A DNA stretch of 64,000 nucleotides from Eledone cirrhosa (taxonomy: Eukaryota). Positions within the stretch are counted from its first letter, which is position 1; each line of letters opens with the position of its first letter. Position numbers and translations under genes: made by a program. The stretch covers positions 43,462,001 to 43,526,000 of the forward strand of contig OZ024753.1 in NCBI GenBank assembly GCA_964016885.1, read 5' to 3'. Under the pieces are notes generated by a model. It ran no database searches. It was not told the DNA's origin and was given only the letters and a program-made list of their open reading frames with translations. Below are positions 25,432 to 38,859 of this stretch, piece by piece.

Positions 25432-26460
25432 TTAACACTTTCATTACCATATTTCTAATGAAACACTGCTTATGTATTTGTTTTGCAAGGTTTTTGATAT
25501 GAAATCATGTGTTGAAACAGATATTGTTATATTAGAGGAGGGTCATATTGTTATATTTGAGGAGGGTCATATTGTTATATTTGAGGAGGGTCATATTGTT
25601 ATATTTGAGGAGGGTCATATTGTTATATTTGAGGAGGGTCATATTGTTATATTTGAGGAGGGTCATATTGTTATATTTGAGGAGGGTCATATTGTTATAT
25701 TTGAGGAGGGTCATATTGTTATATTTGAGGAGGGTCATATTGTTATATTTGCGGAGGGTCATATTGTTATATTTGAGGAGGGTCATATTGTTATATTAGA
25801 AGAGGGTCATATTGTTATATTTGAGGAGGGTCATATTGTTATATTTGAGGAGGGTCATATTGTTATATTTGAGGAGGGTCATATTGTTATATTTGCGGAG
25901 GGTCATAGTGTTATATTTGAGGAGGGTCATAGTGTTATATTTGAGGAGGGTCATAGTGTTATATTTGAGGAGGGTCATAGTGTTATATTTGAGGAGGGTC
26001 ATATAGTTATATTTGAGGAGGGTCATATTGTTATATTTGAGGAGGGTCATATAGTTATATTTGAGAAGGGTCATATTGTTATATTGCCAGTGTTTTACTA
26101 TATTTTTCTGGCAATATTATAACAACATTGCCTATGGTTTTCAAATGATTTTGAAAATTATTAAGTCTTTGGAGAGATTTAGTAATATAACTAACATTAT
26201 TTTAGCTGATGTTCAGAACATAACTTGATAAAGGTTCTTACATAAAATTATGATAGATGGTTTTTAGCTAAGTATCAATAATTTAACACTCTCATTACAG
26301 TATTTCTAATGAAAGATAGATGATGTCTATGATCTTCAGATCTTTTTGAAAACAATCCATACTTTTGTAATATAACTTAACTTTCTCATTATGAAGCTCG
26401 AGTTTGCAACATAATTTAAAGGTTCTTACATAAACTTATGATGGAAAAAACTTTACTAAC
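25432..26460 (+). mobile_element. MITE P2 copies (two in tandem), the first interrupted by a 24-bp minisatellite
   Basis: TTAACACTTTCATTACCATATTTCTAATGAAA at 25432, similar start at 26283; GAACATAACT..AAGGTTCTTACATAAA body. Confidence 0.6.
25521..26085. repeat. 24-bp minisatellite (GAGGAGGGTCATATTGTTATATTT), about 23 copies
   Basis: Highly homogeneous tandem array. Confidence 0.97.
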
Positions 26461-26962
26461 CTTGAAATGTCTACTATATAGTCCACACTTATCCATGATA
26501 CTATAAAGATACTATAAACATTTGAATTAACAGATCCCCTTTAAAATATTTTCTGTTAAATCATTACAGCATGTTAAAATTTACATTAACTACACAAATA
26601 CAACATTATTTTTAACATAAATAATATGATCTTAAGAGTTAATGTTCGCGACAACCCCAACTATAGTATGTTGTCTGATTCCACTCTGTTTTCAGTTCAA
26701 ATGTTGGTGAGATCAATAAATACCAAAGGGAAATCAATAACTTGTAACTGAATTCTAGAAGTATGTACGACCTTACAACAATGTAAGAAATCATTTTATA
26801 CTGAAAAGGATTTAAGCTCTTGTTGTAGAAATATTATGGAGGTGCTAATACAAACGATTTTTATATTTCAATGGTTATCTGCTTGGTCACATGCTTTCGG
26901 TGAACAAAAGATTTGCTCATAATAAAAATAAATACATACACACATATATATATATATATATG

Positions 26963-27008
<46 letters not shown>

Positions 27009-27228
27009 AAAATAAATAAAGATATGAAAATATGAAATTCCAAACACAGGGAGCGTATTGGGGAGAAACATTCCCCTGCCTCTATTAAAATTCTAGTATA
27101 CTCTACACCTTTTCATTAAACTATAAAAGTTAAATTGGAGAAAAACCCCTTGAAAATTTTTTTTGAAAAATTCATCAATAGTTTTCTATAGAATGTATAA
27201 TTCTAAATGCAGAATATTTTTCAAATGC

Positions 27229-27268
<40 letters not shown>

Positions 27269-27711
27269 TAAAAAATGAAAGAAAAGTACAAAAAATTACA
27301 AAGCAAATAAAGGATAATAGCAACAACAACAACAACAATAAAGATGATAATAATAATAATAATATACAAAGCCCCTTTATTTAAAGAAATGATTGGAGGT
27401 AATACTAAGGAGCCACTCTTTCAAAAGACCAGTTTCTGCAGAATATGCTTTCTTCTCTATCTATCTAACATTCGTTCATTCTTTTCTATCAATATTTTTT
27501 TTTAAACAGAAGGTTTTTTACTCTTAAATTCTTTTGCTTGGCTTTGATACTGAAAAATATCAGATGATAATTGCTTCAATGTTTGAAAATGAAGCCATAT
27601 ATATGGCAGAATCTGTTGGTGGTAATTTCTTTTTTTCAGATTTTTATTTTATAGATTTGATTATATATATATATATATATATATATATAATGTATGTATA
27701 TATGTGTATAT

Positions 27712-27781
27712 AACCCATGGAAGATAGACGTTAAACGATGATGATGATAATGACGACGATGATGATGATGATGATGATGAT
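27712..27781 (+). mobile_element. Ultra-short RTE-type tail in microsatellite
   Basis: AACCCATGGAAGATAGACGTTAAAC(GAT)n. Confidence 0.7.
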
Positions 27782-30182
27782 ATGTATATATATATATGTG
27801 TGTGTGTGTCTATGTGTATATGTGTGTGTGTATATATATATGTGTGTATATATATGTGTATATATACATATATGTGTGTGTGTGTGTGTGCATATATATA
27901 TATATATATGAATCATTCATTGAAAAAAAAACCAAAAAAAAAACCCGTGTGTGTGCGTTTTCTTTTTTTTCAATGAATGATTCAGGCTTGATTTGTATTA
28001 TTCTGAAAGAGAGTTACATGGAAAATCGGCTTTTAGAAATAAAATGTTATTATCCATTCCCTCCTCTGCGGAAACCTATGAACACTTCCCAAATAAACAA
28101 AGAATGAAATATCAAATAAATAAAACTTAATATTTGCTGCCTTTTTTGGTGTTGTTGTTGGTGGTGGGGGTGGTTGGAGATAAAATAAAATAATTTTTAT
28201 TTTTGGTGGGGAGGGGGGGAGGCTCTCTAAGAATTGTTGGAATAAATCTTGAGTGAAGGGGGAAAAAGAAAGTGAGAGGAGAGGGAAGAAATGGGGGTAA
28301 GACAAGGGTTAGAAATGGTTTACTTGGAGGAAGAAATGCAATTGAATGAAAAATTTTTATTAAATGAAAATTTTTTTTAAAGAAATTAAAAAAAAAAAAT
28401 TCTAGTAAAAATCATTCTACTTGCTTTTTCTATGCTTGTTGTTGTTGTTGTTGTTGAATAAAATTTTTTCATTATTCAAACTAATAAATATAATATTCTT
28501 CTTACACAATATACTCGCAGACACATAAATATAGAAATTTTTATATAGGTTTATGCACAAGCATTTTCATGCACACATGTAAATATAAAATAGATATAAA
28601 TATAAAATAGATATAGCTATAAATATAATATAAATATAAAACATATAGAAAAAGACAAACAACAAACAGGCAAACTTGCATGCAGTTAGAGAGCTTAGAT
28701 AGCACTTGCAAACAAGCTAGAAAGTTGCATAACATGCATGTGTGCTGCCATTCATACCTGCATTTAGAATGCTGCAGAGAACTCTAGCTTTTAATACAAG
28801 TGTTTATTCATACAATAATGCTGTGTTAAAAGATAAAAATTTCTTTCATAATGTTATCTATTCAGTTTTCTGGAAAATATTCCTGCAGTTTGTTGAAAAA
28901 TGGATCAATTCTTTTTCTTTTTAATTTAAAAAATAATAAAATGTTCTTTCAATACAAAGCATATTTTGTAAATAAAGTAAATTAAATTTGAACAATTTCT
29001 ACCTCAATATCTTACTGGTACTCTGGGGGTGGATTAAGCTGTTATGGAGCCATTGGCTGAATATTTCAATGGGTTGCTTGCATATTATTTATACTAGCAA
29101 AAAAATTTATTTGAGCATTTTAAAAAAATATTGTAAGACTCCTAGCTATAACCTAGTCAGCTGACTTTCCTCTAATCCTTCACTTCTGGCACTTCATCAT
29201 TTTCACCACCACCACCAATAAAAACGCCACCACCACCACCACCAGCAAATATACACTATCAGAAATATGTAGAGTCTTGTTGTTTATCTCCCAGCTAGAA
29301 TTTCCGTTTTGATTAAAACATTGAATCAATTTTGAATGAGTGTATCAACATCGGATTAGGATCCAGACATCAAATCTACATTGACATAGAGTTCACACTG
29401 ATTCAATAGTATTTATTAGCCGTATTATTAGCTTTATAGCTGTGTTGAAATATAGCTGATGTATTTTCTTGTTGTTAGGTTAAGCCTTTTTCTTAGCATT
29501 AACATTTTTCCTTATATTTTCCTAACATATTTCTAATGAAAGACGCTGTACATGATTTTCAAATAATGTTTGATTCAACAGTGTTTATATCTACTTTAAA
29601 GAAGTGGAGAATATATTTAACAGTTTATCTCAGGAAGTTTACCTGCCCCAGATAGATATCTACCCTAAAACCTTCCAGCAGGAAGTTAGTTATAAAACTA
29701 TTATAATATTAACTCTACCAGTCTTGATTATTTTCAAAATTATTAGAAAATAATAAGCAGTGTCTTCCATTAGAAATATGGTAACAAAAGGGTTAATAGT
29801 TCTATCTATCAACTATAAAAAGATGAAGAACATCAAAAATACCATAGTAATATAGAAATAAAAATAAATATTCCTTAATAGATATTTTTAATGTAGTTTC
29901 CTTTCTTATTAGATAAGTGGTTCTTATATGGAAAGTTGATTACTTTATTTTTAAAATCCTGTCAATCGATAATTAAAATAAAATCTATATAGTCTTAGTA
30001 ATCTATTGGTCTTCCAATTAAGCTAGGAAAATATCCATATTTTCCCCGATGATGAATTTCCTTTTTCTAAATAACATACTTGTGTTTTCCTTGTATAATG
30101 TGTTTTGTCAAATTTAACTAGTATTTAATGCTAAACATGCAGAAAGTTATCAACAAAGCAAGCATATTAATGACAAGGAGAA

Positions 30183-30810
30183 TTAACCACTTCATTACCA
30201 TATTTTAAATAAAAGACATTGCCTATGTTTAACTCTTTCATTAATATATTTCTAACAAAAAACATTACCTATGTGTAACTCTTTCATTATCATATCTTTA
30301 ATGAAAGAAACTACTTAGGTTTAACCCTTTCATTATCATATCTCTAATGAAAGAAACTACTTAGGTTTAACCCTCTCATTCTCATATCTCTAATGAAAGA
30401 AACTACTTAGGTTTAACCCTTTCATTATCATATCTCTAATGAAAGAAACTACTTAGGTTTAACCTTTTCATTATCATATTTCTAACAATAGACATCACCT
30501 ATATTTAATCCTTTCATTACCATATTTCCAATGAAAGACATTACTCTAGAAAACAAGGAGTAATAAGTATTTAAGCCTTTCATTACCACATTCCTTACAA
30601 AAGACACTTCCTATAATTTTGAAATCATTTTGAAAGTAATAAAGAATTTGGGGAGATTTAGTAATATAACTAATGCACTGATTATTAAACTTATGTTCGG
30701 AACATAACTTAACAAAAGTTCTTGCATAAAATTATGATGGAAGTTTTTTTAGATAAATATAATCACTTTAAAACAAACATCTTTGTATTGTAAACCCAGT
30801 GATGATTTCT
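30183..30810 (+). mobile_element. MITE P2 with about 9 tandem 46-bp copies of its left terminus
   Basis: TTAACCCTTTCATTATCATATCTCTAATGAAAGAAACTACTTAGGT units (30321, 30367, 30413, 30459), then the P2 body. Confidence 0.8.
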
Positions 30811-31344
30811 AGTTTTTCAGTATCTTTTCCATGTATTATGTATATTGTACTTAATAAGTATTTAATGCTAAACAGAAGATTATCATCAAAGCAAGCTTAT
30901 AAGGGGAAATGTGAATAAAATGTTTATATATTATGGATGAGGAAATGGCTTATGGTGGGCTGGGTATATTAACATGATAGGAGGGAAATTCCTTAATGTT
31001 GAAATACTTATTGCTGCTTCCTTTCTAGAGTAGTTATTTCAGAGATTAACTCCATGTAAAGACATATATTGATTTAATTAGCTCCATAAAATCAGGACAG
31101 GGTCGTGGATATTAGAAAACGTTCTACACAAATCCCGTTATATAAGGAAAATGATGATAATAATAAAAAAAAATGTGGTTGAAGATCAACATGGGAGAGT
31201 TTTAAAGAAAAAACAACTTAACCTATTAACAAATGTTTTGCAGATCCAAAATGGAGAAAACAGGCTTTGCTAACACCAAATTTTTTTATACATGTTATAA
31301 GTCAGGTGCACTTTTCAAATACCTTTTATTATTATCATTTTCCT

Positions 31345-31555
<211 letters not shown>

Positions 31556-32174
31556 TAGTAGAATGAAATAAGCAGAAGAAAGAGAGGAGAGGGGTTAAAA
31601 TATATAAAAACTGAAAACATGAAGAAGTGGTGGGGGATAGTAAAGCGAAAGTCAATGGAGAATATATTTTCTATATATGATGAAAGAAAGAAACTTCTGA
31701 TGTATACAATTAATATTTTCTGTTATCCTGTTTTACATTTGCTGGCATTATTCTTATTTTTATCTCCAGTTATTATTTTATTCAATTGTCCATTGACATT
31801 TTTCTTATACAATCGTTTAGAAAAGATTTTCTGTTTTTGTGTGTTATTTTGTTGTTGTTTGTCATTGATTTTCTTTATATTTCCATCTCATCTTTCTTTT
31901 ATACGTTCTCTTCACTTTTCATTCAAACATCACATATATTCTCTGTTTGTCAAACATGTTTATTTTAGGGTTTGATCTCGTTATGGAAATGGTTCCAGTT
32001 TTTTTTTTTTTTTGTCTTTTGTTTTTTTCAAAAGCAGATGTACAAATGCAAATAGTATCTTTGTGGGTGTTTGAGATTGGTTGGTTGGGTGGTTAGAGTA
32101 CATAAATTTGGGACCACTACTTGATACTCTGATATAAATATGTTGACTTGCTAACAGGGAAAGATGACCACACT

Positions 32175-32358
32175 AATTGTTTCTACTTTAGGCACAAGGC
32201 CAGCAATTACCCAGTGCATTACTGGTACTTTATTTTATCGACCCTATAAGGATGAAAGGCAAAGTTAACCTTGGCGGGATTTGAACTCAGAATGGCAAGG
32301 GCCGTAACTCTGTGTCACAGCATGGCGTCTGACCCTATACCGATACTGCCAATCCACC
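32175..32358 (-). mobile_element. SINE family A, full length
   Basis: A box, B box, core and tail present. Confidence 0.92.
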
Positions 32359-32752
32359 AATAATGATGATTGAATTCTATGAAGAAGGTTTTGAAAAGTT
32401 TAGTATTTTTCTTGGTTAAAACATAAAAAGAACCACATTTCTTATTGTATTAGGTCTTACATGTGTTAACATTTTTGATACCACCCCAGTCAAAACCAGT
32501 TCTGGCTTTTGCCAAAGTACCACGATCTGTCATTTGGTGAGGTTGTACTAAGAACAGAAGTATATATGAGCTGACTGCTCATATATACTTCAATTCGCTG
32601 CATAACCTCACTCCAGTTGAGAATCTGTTGGGTGAAACACGTGTCCTTGAGTTTGGTTTGGTAATTTGTTGTGGAACTAACTTTATACTGAACTTGTCCT
32701 CTTGACTGAGTGCTCTACTTACTATGGATATAACCTCCCCGTGCTTTACCAC

Positions 32753-32783
<31 letters not shown>

Positions 32784-32934
32784 CCTTTATTTTTAACCAC
32801 TGGTCAATCAATGATAAACATTGATTGCCAAATGAATTAACTATGGAGATATAAAAGATACAGAAGCACAAACCAACCAAACAGTAAGTATGTTCTGTTA
32901 TTATTTCTGGCAACAATATGACCCTCCCCAAGTA

Positions 32935-32994
<60 letters not shown>

Positions 32995-33086
32995 CAGAAA
33001 GTTCAGTAAGTCCAGAGAAAACCAAAGTCAGTACTCACTGCAGAGCAGAGTATATGTAAGAAAAACTGAGAGGTGGTGTTGACATC

Positions 33087-33171
33087 GGTCTGAGGATCAG
33101 GCAGACTTGGAGTCTGGTCTCGGTGTGCCATCGTAGATCATCAGCCGGCTGTTTGAGAAACATTTGTAACC
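33087..33171 (+). ncRNA. Type I hammerhead ribozyme, CUGAGGA variant with long stem II
   Basis: GGT CTGAGGA TCAGGCAG...(about 44 nt)...CTGTTTGA GAAA CATTTG TA ACC; 8-bp stem II, short bulged stem I, GUA triplet, AATAAA about 10 nt downstream. Confidence 0.7.
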
Positions 33172-33277
33172 AGGATTGAGCAATAAATCTCCTATGTGAC
33201 ACTTCCACTTTGTTGTTATATATATATATATAACATAAGAAATGGAGAATCAGTGGTGCGACGAATTAAAATTTATT

Positions 33278-33374
33278 AGACATATTACAATCGTTTCTCT
33301 GACGACCAGCCCGAGGCACGATCGATGCAATGATCGAACCTGACTCTGAAATCGCAAGATCCTCAGATACGTCT
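33278..33374 (-). ncRNA. Type I hammerhead ribozyme, CUGAGGA variant with long stem II
   Basis: Minus strand: AGACGTAT CTGAGGA TCT-TGCGATT...GGTCGTC-AGA GAAA CGATTG TA ATATGTCT AATAAA; 8-bp stem I, GUA triplet. Confidence 0.82.
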
Positions 33375-33559
33375 CAATTCTTCGAAGCAGAGTTTTCAAT
33401 TATATATATATATATATAATATACAACGTGTAAACGAAATACAATGTTGTAGTTGTGAAACAGAATACATACAGTGTGAAAACTAACCTGGTACACTGTT
33501 TGAAAAAAAAAAAAAACCCAAAAAAACCCAACAAACTTTACACAGCAAATTACAGAAAC

Positions 33560-33950
33560 AAATTAACAACAACAACAACAACATACCTACCTACCTACCT
33601 ACCTACCTACCTACCTACCTACCTACCTATCCTGTTATATTTTCAGTAACAACACACAGTAATAGACCAAACACTATATACACTGTACGAAGCTTGTTGT
33701 TGTAGTTGTTGCTTTAGTTGTTGTTTTAGTTGTTGTTGTAGTTATTGTTGTAGTTGCTGTAGTTGTTGTTGTTGTTGTAGCTGTAGTTGTTGTTGTTGTA
33801 GTTGTAGTTATTGTAATTGTTGCTGTAGTTGTAGTTGCTGTAGTTGTTGCTGTAGTTGTTGTTGTTGCTGTAGTTGTTGCTGTAGTTGTTGCTGTAGTTG
33901 TTGCTGTAGCTGTAGTTGTTGCTGTAGTTGTTGCTGTAGTTGTTGTTCTT
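33560..33950. repeat. (AAC)n, (CTAC)n and (GTT/GCT/GTA)n microsatellites
   Basis: Direct reading. Confidence 0.9.
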
Positions 33951-34179
33951 TGTTTCTGACTCTCACACCTGTCTGTCTATATTCATCTATTTTTGTGAGT
34001 TTTTCTCTCTGTGTCTCAACCAATATTTACTGCCAGCCTCTTCTCTCCAACTCTGTTGTATTTACAGAAGATTTTCAGAAAAATAATCAACTACCATTTT
34101 GCTAGTTTTTTTTTTTGTTTGTTGTGTTTGTATTTATTTATTTATTTATTTATTTGTGTTTATTCTTTATGTCTTAGGG

Positions 34180-34201
34180 TATGTATGTATGTTTGTATAT
34201 A

Positions 34202-34232
<31 letters not shown>

Positions 34233-35056
34233 TTGTATATATGTATGTTTGTATATATGTATGTATGTGTGTGTATATATATATGTATGTATGTGTGTAT
34301 ATATATATATGTATGTATGTGTGTATATATATATATGTATATATGTGTGTATATATATATATGTATATATGTGTGTATATATATATATATGTATGTGTGT
34401 ATATATATATATATGTATGTGTGTATATATATATATATGTATGTGTGTATATATATATATATGTATGTGTGTATATATATATATATGTATGTGTGTATAT
34501 ATATATATATGTATGTGTGTATATATATATATATGTATGTGTGTATATATATATATATGTATGTGTGTATATATATATATATGTATGTGTGTATATATAT
34601 ATATATGTATGTGTGGGTATATATATATATATGTATGTGTGGGTATATATATATATATGTATGTGTGGGTATATATATATATATATGTATGTGTGGGTAT
34701 ATATATATATATGTATGTGTGGGTATATATATATATATGTATGTGTGGGTATATATATATATATATATATGTATGTGTGGGTATATATATATATATATAT
34801 GTATGTGTGGGTATATATATATATATATATGTATGTGTGGGTATATATATATATGTATGTGTGGGTATATATATATATGTATGTGTGGGTATATATATAT
34901 ATGTATGTGTGGGTATATATATATATATGTATGTGTGGGTATATATATATATATGTATGTGTGGGTATATATATATATGTATGTGTGGGTATATATATAT
35001 GTATGTGGGTATATATATATGTATGTGGGTATATATATATATATATGTATGTGTGG

Positions 35057-35116
<60 letters not shown>

Positions 35117-35205
35117 GTATGTGTGTGTGTGTATATATGTTTATTTATGTGTATATATATATGTATGTCTCTGTGTATATGTATGTGTGCGTATATATTT
35201 GTATG
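34180..35205. repeat. Higher-order (TA)n-TGTATGTGTG(GG) satellite
   Basis: About 22-28-bp units; a GGG variant occupies the right half. Confidence 0.95.
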
Positions 35206-35769
35206 AATATTGAATAAGAAAAGCAAAGTAAAATAATAACAATAATAATAATAAATAAGAGAGAGAGAAATTGTTTGCGAAACTTAGTTGTTAGAAGAGA
35301 TTTATTTAGCAGGACAGTTTAGTCAGAAAATATATATAATAATAATAATAATAGTAATAACAAAAGCAACCACAGTAACAATAGTAACAATAACAACAAT
35401 AATAAGGATATTAATAATAATAATAATATTACAGTAACAACATTTATTATAGCAACAACATTAACCAATACAACAACTCCTAAATCGATATAACAAAATA
35501 TTATCACCAACAAAAATATTTTTTTTTTTTTAAATTCAACAGGAAAAAAAATTTTAAGTTTTTCTCCAGAATCATGATGATGATGTTCATGATGATGTTC
35601 ATGATGATGTTCATGATGATGATGATGATAGTATTTTGAAAGACAATATCAACATCCTTACATTATGTAACGTAAAATTCAGTTATAAATATATAATTGA
35701 AAATATATTTTTGTACATTTATTTAAGTAGACGAGTTTCAACTTTTCCGTATACGTACCTATTCTGTTA

Positions 35770-35935
35770 TTTTTATATAAGTTTAGACTGTGGCCATGCT
35801 GGGGCACTGCCTTGTTTCAGTTGATTACATGGACGCCAGTACTTATCTATATTTTAGTCTGGTACTTATTTTATTGATCTCTTTTTGACAAACCACTAAG
35901 TTATGGGACTTAAACACATACATATACACACACAC
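35770..35935 (-). mobile_element. Fragment of a third SINE family (shorter fragment at about 2950-3000)
   Basis: GACTGTGGCCATGCTGGGGCACTGCC...CTGGTACTTATTTTATTGATCTC...CTAAGTTATGGGAC; shares the CTGGTACTT core with family A. Confidence 0.55.
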
Positions 35936-36161
35936 ATGTTCCTCCTCGCCATCATCATTCCTTCATACAACCCACCCATGATAAAGGAAGATTATATAGT
36001 CATGTGGCCTGGTGGTTAGTGTTTCACTCATCATCAAATGGTTGTGAGTTCGATAGAAATTGTGCATTATTTATATCCATTCTTTCTCTCAGATCGGTTT
36101 CTGTCAGAAGGGCACCCAGGAGAAATGCTTTTGTGTCTTGTCTGCAGTGCATAGCCCCAAA

Positions 36162-36455
36162 ACTGTCACGCCCTAGGCCAAGAGCCCTTCACTGTCACAC
36201 CCAAGGCCCAGAGCCCTTCACTGTCACACCCAAGGCCCAGAGCCCTTCACTGTCACACCCAAGGCCCAGAGCCCTTCACTGTCACACTCAAGGCCCAGAG
36301 CCCTTCACTGTCACACCCAAGGCCCAGAGCCCTTCACTGTCACACCCAAGGCCCAGAGCCCTTCACTGTCACACCCAAGGTCCAGAGCCCTTCACTGTCA
36401 CACCCAAGGCCCAGAGCCCTTCACTGTCACACCCAAGGCCCAGAGCCCTTCACCC
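36162..36455. repeat. 29-bp minisatellite (AGAGCCCTTCACTGTCACACCCAAGGCCC), about 10 copies
   Basis: Homogeneous GC-rich tandem array. Confidence 0.95.
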
Positions 36456-36564
36456 TTCCTCCTCACATTCTTATGTGGTCCTAAATAGAGCCCTTACTTT
36501 TCCAGTTCTTTTCCGGTTTTAAATATTTGTCGAGCTTTTTTAATTATTTAAATGTCATTCATTC

Positions 36565-36780
36565 ATGGATTGGCAGTATTGGTAGAGCGTCAGACACCAT
36601 AATTTGTAGCATAGAGTTGTGGCCCTTTACCTTCCGATTTCAAATCCCGCCGAAGTTAGCTTTGCCTTTCATCCTCACAGGGTTGATGAAATGAAGTATC
36701 AGTAATGCACTGGAGTTGATTTAATTGACTTTCCTCTCGCTCAAATTGCTGGCCTTGTGCTTAAATCAGAAACCACTATT
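36565..36780 (+). mobile_element. SINE family A, long variant
   Basis: TGGCAGTATTGG, GATTTCAAATCCC, core, and extra GGAGTTGATTTAATTGAC segment as in the 1347-1545 copy. Confidence 0.88.
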
Positions 36781-37261
36781 AATTCACACACATATTCTGC
36801 ACTGCATATTGATGCGTCTCATCTATGCATAGATTGCAACTGTTATGTAAATCATACTCCCGAGAATTAGTCATTCCTCAGTCTTACATAATGGGTAGCT
36901 ACTGTTTTGTTTATTTTCTTAATATTTATGAGATAAACATTAACAAACCCAACAACAAACAAACAAAGAAACTAGAAAGGTTCTCATATTTATTATACAG
37001 TAAAATAACTAAAGAAAACAACCAAAAAATACTTTGAAACTTGTCCATGTTGTTATAAGACTTGATGTAATTTTAATGAAGCAACTTTCTTTTCTCTGCT
37101 TTAAAACCTCATCCATCACCTGTTTCCCTTGCAAGCTATGAACTAAATTCTTCTTTTAATTCCACTACATATATGTTCTCCACAAACCATTCAGATCCTT
37201 AAAATTATATGTGTGTATATATATATATATATGTATGTATGTGTGTGTATGTGTGTTTTTC

Positions 37262-37293
<32 letters not shown>

Positions 37294-37423
37294 TTAAACT
37301 AAGATTTGATTGTTTTAATATTTTGTATATCTATATATATATATATACATATATTTATATATGTGTGTATATATGTATATATTTATATATGTGTGTATAT
37401 ATATATATATGTATATATTTATA

Positions 37424-37470
<47 letters not shown>

Positions 37471-37661
37471 TTAGATATGTGTGTATATGTGTATATATTT
37501 GTGTATATATGTATATATTTAGATGTGTGTATATATGTGTGTATATATGTATATATTTATATATGTATGTATATATTTATATATGTATGTATATATTTAT
37601 ATATGTATGTATATATTTATATATGTGTGTATATATGTATATATATGTGTGTATATATATG

Positions 37662-37692
<31 letters not shown>

Positions 37693-37979
37693 GTTATATA
37701 TATATATGTATATGTTAATATATGCATGTGTATATATATGTGTGTGTGTGTATATATCTATGTTAATATATACATGTATATATGTGTGTGTATGTATATA
37801 TATATATATATATATATATTCTTATTCTCTTTAATTTAAAGTATAGATCAGCAGGTCATGTGGTCTTCCTTAACATGGTTTTCATTCATTTTCCCATTTC
37901 ACAGAAGAGAAATCTTACTCAACAATAGTTGAACATTTTCTTGTAGAGTTGACATCATTATATTTCCAGTAGCATTTCT

Positions 37980-38826
37980 GCCATTTAGTCTTAACATTCT
38001 CTATCACATGTAACCACATAAGCAAGACATTGTTAAAAATGTGTAAAACAGTGCTGCAGTTTTATTACATTGAAATATAAAGTCTTTGCTTTAGTTTACC
38101 GTGTATTTTCACAACAATCTCTCCGGTTATAAAGTTATTATATCTAGGGCGAGTAAAATTTCCGAGATCCATGGACGAGTTCTCTCCAGCGGTCTCTGTC
38201 CCTCATTATCGCTGCCATGTCCTGCATCTCCAACAGACCAGTGTCTGTCCTTAGGGCATCAACATATGTTAACCTCGGTCTTCCTCTTCCAGTGTGTCCA
38301 TGCAGGGGCTCTGAGTACAGTGTCAACTCTGGATGTCGGTGAGCATGTCCGGCTAACCTAGTGTGTCTGTGTAGGGTCTCCCACAGGAGCACTGAGTGCA
38401 GTGTCAACTCTGGATGTTGGTGAGCATGTCCAGCTAACCTAGTGTGTCCGTGTAGGGGTTCCCACAGGACCACTCAGTGCAGTGTGAACTCTGGATGTCG
38501 GTGAGCATGTCCAGCTAACCCCAGTCTCCACTGTGCCACTCTCGAGCTGACTTTTGGGAGGCTCCCGTACAGCTCTGAGTTCTTCATCCTATAAACGTCA
38601 ATTCACAAACCACATGTAACCACATTAAACTATGAAGTCTTTTGTTTTCTGTATATTTTGACAACAGTCTCTCCAGTAGTAAAGATACTATGAACATGTG
38701 AATTAACAAACCGCATGAAACCACATTAGCAACACATTCTTAAAAAATATAAAACTGTTCTACAGTTCTATTCCACTACACATATGTCCTCCACAAACCA
38801 TTCAGATCCTTAAAATTATATATGTG

Positions 38827-38859
<33 letters not shown>

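Larger units (their letters stand above)
32570..33401. mobile_element. Cluster of four Penelope-like/retrozyme remnants separated by (TA)n
   Basis: Segments about 32570-32752, 32785-32940, 32993-33218 and 33231-33401; two well-formed hammerheads, one decayed (GAAACACGTGTC at 32634); GAGTRCT motifs at 32708 and 33030. Confidence 0.6.

Noticed and set aside
25472-26122. 216-aa ORF of EEGHIVIF repeats
   Set aside because: By-product of a 24-bp minisatellite inside a MITE; several frames on both strands are open
33808-34023. Poly-Q ORF
   Set aside because: Trinucleotide microsatellite without exon context
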